From an uncultured Planctomycetaceae bacterium (GTDB taxonomy: Bacteria > Planctomycetota > Planctomycetia > Isosphaerales > Isosphaeraceae), in the NCBI GenBank assembly GCA_963833985.1, contig CAWIAD010000002.1, positions 1,856,001 through 1,920,000 on the forward strand: DNA of 64,000 nucleotides, written 5' to 3'. This document shows positions 52,040-61,640 of this stretch, one piece after another (position 1 is the stretch's first letter; each line of letters starts with the position of its first letter). Both the position numbers and the translations under genes were made by a program. The notes beneath the pieces were generated by a model that had not been told where the DNA came from, did no database searches, and saw nothing but the letters and a program-made list of their open reading frames with translations.

Positions 52040-55000
52040 CTATCCGGGTGGACGACCCCGATCGGCCTGGTGCTTGCGGACGGTGGTCAGGCGTGACGCG
52101 GCTTCCGGAGCATGCGGATCGCCTTGAAACCGCGATTGCAGCCGCTCGTACGCTTCAGCGGCATCGCTCCACTGGCTGAGCCGCTCGTAGACCTTCCCCG
52201 CCTCGAGCAGTGCGGCTGCCTGCCAGCGGGGGGCGTCGTAAAGGATATCGACCTTGAGGAACTCGGTGAGCGCTTTGCGCAGGCGATCCTCGTGAAAGAA
52301 TGTCTCGCCGCGCAGGAGATGCGCCTGGGCGGCCAGGTCGCCCCCCTTGCGGGCGTCAATCACGGCCTGGAATGCCTGGCGCGCCTCCTGCGGATGGGCC
52401 AGTCCCAGCAGTGCCCGGCCGCGCGCGAAGTCGAGCTCGGCGATGGCGGGATCACCGGCCGGGAGCTCCGCCGCGAGCTGCTTCGCCTCGGCGAGCGCCT
52501 GCTGCCAGTGCCTCGTCCCCAGCAGGCTTTGCACATGACGAGCCCGGACGAGCCGGCCAAAGCCGGTGGACTCCGACGCTCCCGGCGGCTCGCTCTGGAG
52601 CGCGGCGAGGACCGCCTCGGCGCATGTCCAGTCCTCGAGATGCAGAGCCGCCTCGGCGCGCAGCAAGCGGGCCTCGCGGAGCCGGGAACTCCCTGGATAA
52701 TCACGAATCAACCGATCCAGCATGACTGCCGCGCCCTTCCAGTCGCCCGTTTCGATCTGGCTGCGTCCCAGCCGGTAGAGGATCAGGGGCATCATCCCCG
52801 CGGAGGCGGACCCGGCCCCGGCGTCGCCCGCGTTGCGCTTCCCGGCAGGCTTGCCCTGCGCTCCGTTCCGGGCATTCGCAGGGGCCGCGGCGTTTTCGAC
52901 AACGGGCGTCAAGAGGCGGATGGCCTCGTCCGGATGGCCAGCCGCGCTGGCCGATTCCGCCAGGTTGAACCGGGCGTCGATTGCGTGGGGGCTATCGGCA
53001 TACGACCGGAGCAGCTCGGCGAAGGCGGCGTCGGCCTCGGCCGGCTTGCGTGCCCGGACCAGTGCCCAGCCGCGCTCGGCAAGCAATCCGTCGGGCGTTT
53101 CGCCCAGTCCTTTCAACTTCGCGCGCTGCGCGTCGGCGGAAAGCACCTCCTGAAAGCTCTGCGCCGCTCGCTCCGACCGGCCGGTCCGGTCCAGCAGCCG
53201 GGCCATGGCCAGCCTGGCCCGGAGGGCCTCGACGGCATCGGCGTGCTGGCGGATGAGCCGGGAATAGGCCTCGAGAGCCGAGTCGGTCGACCCGGCGGCC
53301 TCGAGCGCGACGCCCTGCTCGAGCGCGACCGCAAGGGCTTCAGGGCCGGCTCCCGCGTGATCGAGGTACTGTCCGAAGAGGGTTGCGGCATCGGCGGGCT
53401 TGCCGAGCCGCCGGAACGTGCGGCCCAGCCCGAGCCTGGCCCGGTTCACGAGCGCGCGATCCCTGGCTGCGTCAGGCGGCTCGCCGCGGGAGGCCGGTGC
53501 AGGCTGGGGGGATCCTGTTGCCCCGGGACTGATGATCTGGCGGAAGAACTCCGCCGCGCGCGGATACTGTCCGGCCCGAAGCAGGGCCTCGGCCACCCTG
53601 AGCCGGGCCTCCGGCAATAGCCGGCTTGCCGGGAACTCCCGGGCCAGCCGGGTCACCGCGTCGCTCGCCAGGTCGAGCTGCCGCAAACCGACCTCGGCGG
53701 TAGCCAGGTGCGCCAGCGCCGCGTCGGCCACCTCGCCTTGCGGGTTCGATTTCAGGTAGAGCCGGAGCGGCTCGACCGCCTCGGAGTAGCGACCCTGCTC
53801 GACGGCTTCCTGCCCCAGCAGAAAGCGGGCGTCCACGCCGACCGCACCGGTGGCCGAGGCCGTCGCCAGCTTCGCCAGTAGCGCATCGGCCTGACTGGCC
53901 CGACCTGTGGCGCGGTAGGCCAGCGCGAGGTCGTACCGCGCCTTGGCCTCCGCTGCCGGAGCCAGCTCCGCGGCGGGTGATTTACCGCGCGGTCCGGACT
54001 CCCGGCCCAGGCCGAGTAGTCCTTCGAGCTGATCGGCGGCTTCCCGGGCCTGGCCGCCGGCCAGCAGGGCCCGGGCCTCGATGAGCCGCACCTCGGCCGC
54101 GAGCTTGCTGGTGGCATGCTGCTTGCCGAACTGGCGAGCGAGCGTCAGGGCAGCCGCGGCGTCTCCCGCATCGAGTGCCAGCGCCGCCGCGCGGCAGAGC
54201 GCGTCATCAGCCCAGGGGTCTTCGGGGTACGACCGGGCCACGCGCAGGAACCGTTCGCGTGCCGGATCGGGCTGCTTCTGCTGGAGCAGTGCTTCGGCCG
54301 AGCGAAAGACCAGCGCCGGAACCAGGGGCGACTGAGGGAACCGCTTCACCGCATCATCGGCGGTTGCCAGGGCCAGGTCAGGGTGTCCGTGGTCGACCTC
54401 AAGCGTTGCCAGCGCCAGGGCGGCGCGGGGCGCCAGGGTCTCGGCTCCCCCTTCGATGAGGGCCTTGAGCAGCTTCTCGGCGTCCGGGATGCGATCCAGC
54501 CGCGCCAGCGCTTCGGCCCGGAGCAGCCGGCCTTCGCCTTGAAATGGGCTCCGGGGCGCTGCACGTTCGAGCTCCTCCAGCGCAGCCACGGCGGCCTGAT
54601 ACTGACCGGCTGCCACCTGGGTCTTGCCCAGTTCCAGCCAGGCCCTGTCTACCCAGTCGGCCGCACCGCCCCTGGCCAGCTCGTTGAGAATCTTCGCGGC
54701 CGGGCCGGCGGCGCCCATCTCCGCGAGAGTCCGCCCCAGACCGAAGCGTGCGCGGTCGGCAAGCTGTCCGTGCGGGTAATCGGCCAACGACCGCTCGTAG
54801 GAGGCCTCCGCGCCCGGGAGATCGCCAAGGCCCAGGCGGACGTCTCCCAGGTAAGTCCACGCGGTCTCCAGGTTGGGATGCCGGCCGCTCTCCCCGGTGA
54901 ACGCTTCCAGGGACAGCCGGGCGGCTCGTAGATCGCCCAGCATGTAGGCCAGTTCCCCCAGACGATACTGGGCCGTGCGGGCGCGGGGATGACCGGGTGC

Positions 55001-55381
55001 TTTTTCCAGGAACTCCCGGAACGCCTGCCGCGCCTCCCGGTAGCGGCCTTGAAAGAGCCAGGCGTTGGCCAGTCCGAAGCGGGCGTCATCCGCGTCACGA
55101 CCCGAGGGACCGGTGTCAAGGAAGCGCTGGTATTCCTGTGCCGCCAGATCAAAGCGGCGCTCGCGGAGCAAGCCGTGGGCGAAGTCCAGACCTTCAGACC
55201 TCTGCCGTTTCTGGGTCGCGGCATCGGAGGAGCGAGCTTCCTGGGCCTTGCCGGTGAGGGTGGCCGGTGCAGCGATGACCCCGAGCGCGACGGCCAGTAC
55301 CACGGCAGCGGTCGGAGGGATCCTGCACCACCCGGACGTGTTCTCGCGGCACATTGATGAGTCGGTTCGCCCGAGGGCCAT
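52040..55381 (-). CDS. Large exported tetratricopeptide-repeat protein (CpoB/BamD-like TPRs)
   Basis: Repeated A-x-F/Y-x-L-G/A and F-x-x-x-x-P-x-S TPR units; C-terminal FLKVDILYDAPRWQAAALLEAGK. Confidence 0.85.
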   Translation of the reverse strand: MALGRTDSSMCRENTSGWCRIPPTAAVVLAVALGVIAAPATLTGKAQEARSSDAATQKRQRSEGLDFAHGLLRERRFDLAAQEYQRFLDTGPSGRDADDARFGLANAWLFQGRYREARQAFREFLEKAPGHPRARTAQYRLGELAYMLGDLRAARLSLEAFTGESGRHPNLETAWTYLGDVRLGLGDLPGAEASYERSLADYPHGQLADRARFGLGRTLAEMGAAGPAAKILNELARGGAADWVDRAWLELGKTQVAAGQYQAAVAALEELERAAPRSPFQGEGRLLRAEALARLDRIPDAEKLLKALIEGGAETLAPRAALALATLEVDHGHPDLALATADDAVKRFPQSPLVPALVFRSAEALLQQKQPDPARERFLRVARSYPEDPWADDALCRAAALALDAGDAAAALTLARQFGKQHATSKLAAEVRLIEARALLAGGQAREAADQLEGLLGLGRESGPRGKSPAAELAPAAEAKARYDLALAYRATGRASQADALLAKLATASATGAVGVDARFLLGQEAVEQGRYSEAVEPLRLYLKSNPQGEVADAALAHLATAEVGLRQLDLASDAVTRLAREFPASRLLPEARLRVAEALLRAGQYPRAAEFFRQIISPGATGSPQPAPASRGEPPDAARDRALVNRARLGLGRTFRRLGKPADAATLFGQYLDHAGAGPEALAVALEQGVALEAAGSTDSALEAYSRLIRQHADAVEALRARLAMARLLDRTGRSERAAQSFQEVLSADAQRAKLKGLGETPDGLLAERGWALVRARKPAEADAAFAELLRSYADSPHAIDARFNLAESASAAGHPDEAIRLLTPVVENAAAPANARNGAQGKPAGKRNAGDAGAGSASAGMMPLILYRLGRSQIETGDWKGAAVMLDRLIRDYPGSSRLREARLLRAEAALHLEDWTCAEAVLAALQSEPPGASESTGFGRLVRARHVQSLLGTRHWQQALAEAKQLAAELPAGDPAIAELDFARGRALLGLAHPQEARQAFQAVIDARKGGDLAAQAHLLRGETFFHEDRLRKALTEFLKVDILYDAPRWQAAALLEAGKVYERLSQWSDAAEAYERLQSRFQGDPHAPEAASRLTTVRKHQADRGRPPG

Positions 55382-55934
55382 GGAACCACCCCTCCCTTGA
55401 GCGGTTCGATCCAACATTCCACCCTCTCGATTTCGTACCTGAGTTCAGGCAATATTGAGAGAATCGCGTAATCGCGGTCCTGAATCCCGCCCCGAGCGCT
55501 AGCCCTCGCCAGAACGGCCTGCCGCACAACCCTTTATATCTTGGTAGCCGCGATCTGGAAAGCCCACCGAAAAGGGGCGTCCCCGAGGCTCTCAGAGCGG
55601 CTCGCGTCCACAGGGCCCCCAACCGCTCCCTTACCACCAGCCGCGGCCATGATTTCCGGGATCCTTCCATGATCAGCAGGTTGGCTCATCACGTTGATTC
55701 CATGTTGCCGTCACATTCCTTGCAATCTCACCCTTTCCCCTTTTTTACGAGAATGGAGGTCGGCTAGCCTCTGGACAGCTAAATTGGGTCCATTTATTCT
55801 ACTAGAAATTCGTAGAATCCCCAGAACTCGCAGTTGGTATACTTGGTCTCTCGAGCATACCAGTCGAGGTCGCTATCGTGTGGCGGCTTCGAGCCAGTGG
55901 TCGAGATGATGTACTCGCAATGGAGAACGCAACT

Positions 55935-56744
55935 ATGGTGAAGTCTCGTTTGATCGGTACGGCTGCCGCAGCGCTGCTGGCCAGCACGGCATTCGCCCAG
56001 GCCCCGTCCAAGCAGATGCCGGCCGCTCAGGCCCCGTCGAAGCAGATGCCGACCGCGCAAGCTCCGGCGGCTCCGGCCAAGAGCTATCCCGCGGCGCAGG
56101 CTCCTGCTGCTCCGAGCAAGAGCTATCCCGCGGCGCAGACGCCAGCTGCCCCGAGCAAGAGCTACCCTGCGGCGCAGGCTCCTGCTGCTCCGAGCAAGAG
56201 CTATCCGGCGGCGCAGGCCCCAGCTGCTCCGAGCAAGAGCTACCCGGCGGCGCAGGCTCCGGCTGCCCCGAGCAAGAGCTATCCGGCGGCGCAGGCCCCA
56301 GCTGCTCCGAGCAAGAGCTACCCTGCGGCGCAGGCTCCGGCGGCTCCGGCCAAGAGCTACCCTGCGGCGCAGGCCCCTGCCGCTCCGGGCAAGACCTATC
56401 CGGCGGCGCAGGCTCCTGCTGCTCCGGGCAAGACCTATCCGGCGGCGCAGGCTCCGGCGGCTCCGGGCAAGACCTATCCGGCGGCGCAGGCTCCGGCGGC
56501 TCCGGCCAAGACCTATCCGGCTGCCCAGGCCGGTGCACCTGCGGCGCCCGCCAAGACCTATCCCATGTCTCAGTCGCCGGCTACTCCTGGCAAGACGGGT
56601 TACGCGACACCGGCCGCCCAGGGTGCAACGCCTGCTCCGGCCGCTCCGGCCGCAGCCCCGACCATGGAAGAGCCTCCGCCGGCTCCCCCCGCACCGGCTC
56701 CTCCGGTTCCCAAGCCCGCTGGTGCGGTGGATCGCAAGGTCTGA
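55935..56744 (+). CDS. Exported Pro/Ala/Lys/Tyr-rich tandem-repeat protein, (AQAPAAPSKSYPA)x13
   Basis: Signal peptide MVKSRLIGTAAAALLASTAFA; 39-bp repeat with synonymous third-position variation; followed by a terminator. Confidence 0.85.
   Translation: MVKSRLIGTAAAALLASTAFAQAPSKQMPAAQAPSKQMPTAQAPAAPAKSYPAAQAPAAPSKSYPAAQTPAAPSKSYPAAQAPAAPSKSYPAAQAPAAPSKSYPAAQAPAAPSKSYPAAQAPAAPSKSYPAAQAPAAPAKSYPAAQAPAAPGKTYPAAQAPAAPGKTYPAAQAPAAPGKTYPAAQAPAAPAKTYPAAQAGAPAAPAKTYPMSQSPATPGKTGYATPAAQGATPAPAAPAAAPTMEEPPPAPPAPAPPVPKPAGAVDRKV
56055..56565 (+). repeat. 39-bp coding tandem repeat, 13 copies
   Basis: gcgcaggctcc(t/g)gc(t/g)gctccgagcaagagcta(t/c)cc(c/g/t)gcg units. Confidence 0.92.
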
Positions 56745-56772
56745 GGTTCTGCTGAGCTCCGCATGAACGTGC

Positions 56773-56807
56773 AATCCCCGACCTCACAGGGTCGGGGATT
56801 TTTTTTT
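56773..56807 (+). terminator. Rho-independent terminator
   Basis: AATCCCCGACC-TCACAG-GGTCGGGGATT perfect 11-bp stem followed by a T run. Confidence 0.9.
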
Positions 56808-56948
56808 GGACTGTGGGACAGTGGGGTCCCGCCCTGTGAAGACGCCGATCAATGGCGATCAAGCGATCAAGCGATCTCCACCCATGGCGCGCCTGGTGTT
56901 GCGCTCCGTGGGTGGAGATTGCACACAGCAGCCCACAAAGAACATGGA

Positions 56949-58638
56949 TCACTTCTGGGGCGAGCTCACAGGCACAGGTTGGCTGGAAGCCGGCGGCAGG
57001 ACCTGCCGGACCACGGGAACCTGGCGGGCCACCTGCCGCGTCGTGGTGGTGTAGCAGGTGACCGGCACCGTGTACGGGACCTGCTCCATGACCTGCTGCG
57101 TGACATTCTCCGTCACCTGCTTCGTGCGGTACTGGTAGGTTGTCACCGGCACCGAGTAAGGCACCTGGGTCGCGATCTGCTGTGTGACATTTTCAGTGAC
57201 CTGTTTCTGCCGCGTCTGGTAGGTCGTCACCGGCACGGTGTAGGGGACCTGCTCGGCCACCTGCTGTGCGACGTTTTCGGTGACCTGTTTCTGCCGCGTC
57301 TGGTAGGCGGTGACGGGCACCGTGTAAGGCACACGGACAAAGACCTGCTGCGTCACGTCCTGGGTGACTTCTCGATACTGAGTCACCTGGACCATTTCGG
57401 TCTTCTGCTCGGCCACTTGCACGGTCGTCGTCACCGGCACGGTCTCGCTGACCTGGCTGGCTTGCATGGTGGTCACCGGCGCTTCATACTCCTGGACCTG
57501 CTGCTCGCAAACGGTCTCGTTGACAGTCACGGGGACCATCTTCGTGCGGGTCTCGGGCACCTGGATCGTCTGCTGGCTAGGCACCATCCGGGTCCTGGTC
57601 TGGTTCACGTAGGTCGTCTCCGGAACCTGACGGACGACCGGTCGACTGACGAAGACCTGCTCGTAGGAACAAGTGGTTCCTCCGTACCCATGGGCCACCG
57701 CGCTGTGGCTGCCACACAGGCCGCAGCCTCCGCCGCAACGATGAAGGCACAGGTGCGCAGGTGTTCGGGCAGCTTCCGGCCGGAGCCAGCGATGCCACCG
57801 ATGCGGCCCGGGTTTCATAGCAGCCCTGCTCCTCGACCACCTGCTTCATCGTCGTGACCGGAACGCACTCGGTGTAGGTCTCGGGGACCATGGTGGTCTG
57901 CACCCTGGAGGTGAGAACCGTCTCGGATTGCGGCTGCATGATGGTCCGTGTGACCGGCTTCTGAACCGTGATCACACGCTGCTGCTTGCGCATGGTGGTG
58001 ACGGGGTTGTAGACCGTGCGGGTCACCTGCTGGTTCACCGTCTGCTGCCGGGGCACATACTCGGTATACGTCCGGGGGACGGTGACCATTTCCGCGATGG
58101 TCTTCTTCTCTGGCACGGTCTGGGTTTTGGTGTCGTAGCGGTAGCGGGTCTCGTTGGAGGTGACGGGGACCTGCTCGGTGATGGTGCGCGTGACCGGAAC
58201 GGTCTGGGTCTTGTACTCGGTGCGATAGCGAGTCTCGTTGGAGGTGACGGGGACCTGCTCGGTGATGGTGCGCGTGACCGGGACGGTCTGGTTCTTGTAT
58301 TCAGTGCGGTAGCGGGTCTCGTTGGAGGTGACGGGGACCTGCTCGGTGATGGTGCGCGTGACCGGGACGGTCTGGGTCTTGCACTCGGTGCGATAGCGGG
58401 TCTCCATGGTGGTGACGGGAACCTGCTCGGTCACGGTATCGTAGACGGTCTCATAGACGATCTGGCTCTGGGGAACCGGGCTGGTCGAGGTCTGCGGCTG
58501 GGCCGTCACCGGCGCGGTTGCCGCCTGGGCGGTGGGCTGAACTCCATCGCCGGCTCGTGCCTGACAGCTTGCCATGACGGCCAGAGCCGCAAGCAGCCTG
58601 CATGAGAGGGATCCAGCTTGTCGAAAGACACTTCCCAC
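56949..58638 (-). CDS. Exported Val/Thr/Gln/Pro-rich YTV-like repeat protein with two 28-aa repeat arms; frameshift near 57745
   Basis: Signal-like LLAALAVMASCQARA; N-arm ETRYRTEYKTQTVPVTRTITEQVPVTSN x~3.5; Cys/His/Gly-rich centre; C-arm VPYTVPVTTYQTRQKQVTENVTQQIATQ x~3.5. Confidence 0.75.
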
Positions 58639-59169
58639 GTTCGCTCTCCTGTTCAGTGGTTGACTGGTGGCGGAAGCCGGTTTGCCAGTCATGGTTCAAG
58701 GTTGCCGAACTATCCCCGCTCGCTCCTGTTGCCAAACACGACGTCTCTACGCCTTTGACCCAGTCGATATTAGTTCTCTATATTCCGCAATGCCACTCAA
58801 ATGTAAAGACCGACGAGTCGCGACGCCAGAAGCTGGTTCCCGCCTGGTGCGACGATCCGCCGCCGGCCGCGCTGGAGCTTCGATCCGGATCATCGCTGGC
58901 CGCTTCGTGGCAGCACCCGTATAGACGTGTGGAGCAATCGTTTAGCCTGGATGCGCTGGATCGCGGGATGACCCGGTCAGGAATTGGGCAGTGAGTCGCC
59001 GCCAGGTTGCGGACGGGGGCGGTTTCGCTTAATCTGCGAATCAGATGAGTTGATTACCTGGGCACACCGGGTTCTGGTTCGCCGCCCTCGGATCTGGAGA
59101 CTGTCGACGGAGTGCGAATCCGAGTCCCGTTGCCCATCTACTGAGGATTTGCGGCAAGCCTTTCCATCC

Positions 59170-60228
59170 ATGTCAAAAACCGAACGCGAACGAAATCTCG
59201 CCGTCTTCATCGACCTGGAAAACCTGGCGATGGGTTTCCAGGGGCAAAGGAAGATTCGCTTCGAGGTCCAGAAAGTGCTCGAGCGGCTGGTCGAGAAGGG
59301 GAAGCTGGTCGTCAAGAAAGCCTATGCGGACTGGAGCCGGTTCCCCAGCTATACGGCGCCTTTTCATGAGTCGGCCATCGAGTTGATCGAGATCCCCAAG
59401 CGCTCTCAAACAGGCAAGAACTCGGCCGACATCCGCCTGGTTGTGGACGCGCTGGATCTCTCCTGGAGCAAGCTGCACGTTGACACGTTCGTGATCGTCT
59501 CGGGCGATTCGGACTTCTCGCCGCTGGTCTCGAAGCTGAAGGAGAATGGCAAGCACGTGATCGGCCTGGGCATGAAAGGTTCCACGTCCGACCTCCTGCG
59601 AGACAATTGCGACGAGTTCATCTACTACGAGGACCTCGAGAGACAGGAGCAGAACGAGCAGCAGTTAGCCACGAACCTCAATGCCTATCTGCCGCCCACA
59701 CTGAACGAGAAGCAGCGCGAAGTCTTCAGCCTGCTGGTGGAGGCGTGCAACGCCCTGCGGCGCGAGAATCACGAAGTGCTTTACGCGTCCATGATCAAGG
59801 ACACGATGAAGCGCAAGAAGCCGTCGTTCGACGAGAGCTACTACGGCTATCGTAGCTTCACGCACCTGATGGAAGACGCCGACAACCTGGCACTCGTGGA
59901 CATCGAGCGCAATCCCAAGAGCGGCACCTACGTGGTGACGCGCATCTGCGGCGAGGGAGAAGACCGCGCCCCGGGCACCGTCGCCGTGCCGGGCCGGAAT
60001 TCGCCGGGCGCAGCAGGTTCCAACTCCAGGCGCAAAGAGGCGGAGCCGGCAACCGCCGCTGAGCGGCCGGGTCGGGTCAAGCCGGGCCGGGCCGGCGGGT
60101 GCGCTTGCCTCGTGCACGGGGTCGAACGGATTCGCCTTCGTTCTGCTCTCTTTCTGGTTTTCCGGGAGATGCGCTATAATCGCGGGTGGGAGAGTCGGCC
60201 GATTTTCTGCTCCGGCCACGCTGGCTGA
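59170..60228 (+). CDS. NYN domain (LabA/DUF88-like) protein with OST-HTH/LOTUS domain; 3' end uncertain
   Basis: AVFIDLEN, KAYADW, GKNSADIRLVVD, SGDSDF, CDEFIYY; KRKKPSFDESYYGYRSF. Confidence 0.9.
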   Translation: MSKTERERNLAVFIDLENLAMGFQGQRKIRFEVQKVLERLVEKGKLVVKKAYADWSRFPSYTAPFHESAIELIEIPKRSQTGKNSADIRLVVDALDLSWSKLHVDTFVIVSGDSDFSPLVSKLKENGKHVIGLGMKGSTSDLLRDNCDEFIYYEDLERQEQNEQQLATNLNAYLPPTLNEKQREVFSLLVEACNALRRENHEVLYASMIKDTMKRKKPSFDESYYGYRSFTHLMEDADNLALVDIERNPKSGTYVVTRICGEGEDRAPGTVAVPGRNSPGAAGSNSRRKEAEPATAAERPGRVKPGRAGGCACLVHGVERIRLRSALFLVFREMRYNRGWESRPIFCSGHAG

Positions 60229-60260
60229 TTGCCGGTCGCACCTTTCCGGGAGCACTTCCC

Positions 60261-61586
60261 ATGGTTGCACCTCGAGCTGGCATCGTCATGACCTCGGCGC
60301 TCGGCCTGCTCATCGTCGCCGGCACCGTTGCTCACAGTCAGGATCCCGCCGCCGCCGATCACACTCCACAGCAGGTGCTCAAGGGCCATGGCCTGGAGAA
60401 ATCGGGAACCACCTGGGTGTTGCTCTCGGCGGAGAAGGGAGTCCTGAGCGACCTGGCGGCAGCCCGGGGCGTTTACCGCCAGGTGTCCGAGGGCATGATG
60501 CGGCAGCAAGCATTCGCGATGGGAATCGCTGGCCGCAAGAACGATCTTCAGACGCTCCGCATGCGAAATAATGCGCTGGGGCAGCAGATCGCGGTTCTCG
60601 ACCAGGAATTGAACGCCCTGGTCACGCCTCCCGGAGGCAACAACTTCGTAACGATGCAGCGCAACCAGCTCTCTCAGCAACGCAATGCCCTGACGGCAGA
60701 GAACAACCAGGTTGTGAACATGCTGAACGCCCTTCAAGAGCAAGCGCGCGACCAGGGCCAGGACCAGCAACTTCAGCTCAACGCCGAGGTGGCCGAACGG
60801 CGCGAGAAGTTCATGCAGGCGGTCTTCGACCTGCGGAAGTCGGTCGATGAGCTGACCGCCAAGTACGAGGAGCTTGCCGGGAACCAGGAGGTCACCCAGG
60901 CCCTCAGCGCGCTTTCCAAGGCCACCAGGAGCAAGCAGAAGCTGGGGCCGTCGGTGAAGGTCCGAGATGCGATCAAGCTGCTCCAGCAGGCGGAGTCGAC
61001 CGTCCAGAGCGACAACATCACGCTGCATCGCGAGAACGGCGTCTTCCACGTCTACGCCACGTTGGGCCGTGTTCCCACGAAGATGGTCTTCGATACCGGG
61101 GCCGGCCTGACCACCATTTCGGCCAAACTCGCCGACCGCATCGGGCTGCGGACCAGGAAAACGGATCCGACCATCCAGCTCAAGACGGCGGACGGCACGG
61201 TCGTCGAAGCGAAGCATACGGTGATCCCCTCGGTGCGTGTGGGCAAGTTCGCCATTCCCAATGTGGAATGCGCCGTGATGCCCGCGGAGAAGGGTGACGT
61301 GGATCCTTTGCTGGGCCAGACGTTCTTCAAGTATTTCAAGGTGGAGTTCAACGCCGAGGCCGGCAAGCTCAACCTGAAGAAACTGGAGCTGGACGCGTCG
61401 GTCGCCGAGGCTCCGCCCGTTGCGGATGCGACGGCAAAACCCGCCGGCAAGGCTGCCGCCAGGGGCCGGCGGAGCGCTCGGCCTCGCACCACCGCCCGCA
61501 GCAAGAAATCGGCCCAGCCGCGCGCTGCGGACGCTGGCGGCGATACCTCCTCGCTGCCCGCGGACGGTGCCTCGGATCCCGATTGA
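60261..61586 (+). CDS. Exported coiled-coil protein with C-terminal clan AA (retropepsin-like) aspartic protease
   Basis: Signal-like N-terminus, Gln/Asn-rich coiled coil, MVFDTGAG, LKTADG, LLGQTFF. Confidence 0.82.
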   Translation: MVAPRAGIVMTSALGLLIVAGTVAHSQDPAAADHTPQQVLKGHGLEKSGTTWVLLSAEKGVLSDLAAARGVYRQVSEGMMRQQAFAMGIAGRKNDLQTLRMRNNALGQQIAVLDQELNALVTPPGGNNFVTMQRNQLSQQRNALTAENNQVVNMLNALQEQARDQGQDQQLQLNAEVAERREKFMQAVFDLRKSVDELTAKYEELAGNQEVTQALSALSKATRSKQKLGPSVKVRDAIKLLQQAESTVQSDNITLHRENGVFHVYATLGRVPTKMVFDTGAGLTTISAKLADRIGLRTRKTDPTIQLKTADGTVVEAKHTVIPSVRVGKFAIPNVECAVMPAEKGDVDPLLGQTFFKYFKVEFNAEAGKLNLKKLELDASVAEAPPVADATAKPAGKAAARGRRSARPRTTARSKKSAQPRAADAGGDTSSLPADGASDPD

Positions 61587-61640
61587 CCAGGACGAACCAT
61601 CGTGCCCGCCGCGCAGCGATGAACCCCTGGCGGGGCAGGG

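Noticed and set aside
56845..56878. GCGATCAA x3 short repeat between convergent genes
   Set aside because: Too short and degenerate to assign any function.
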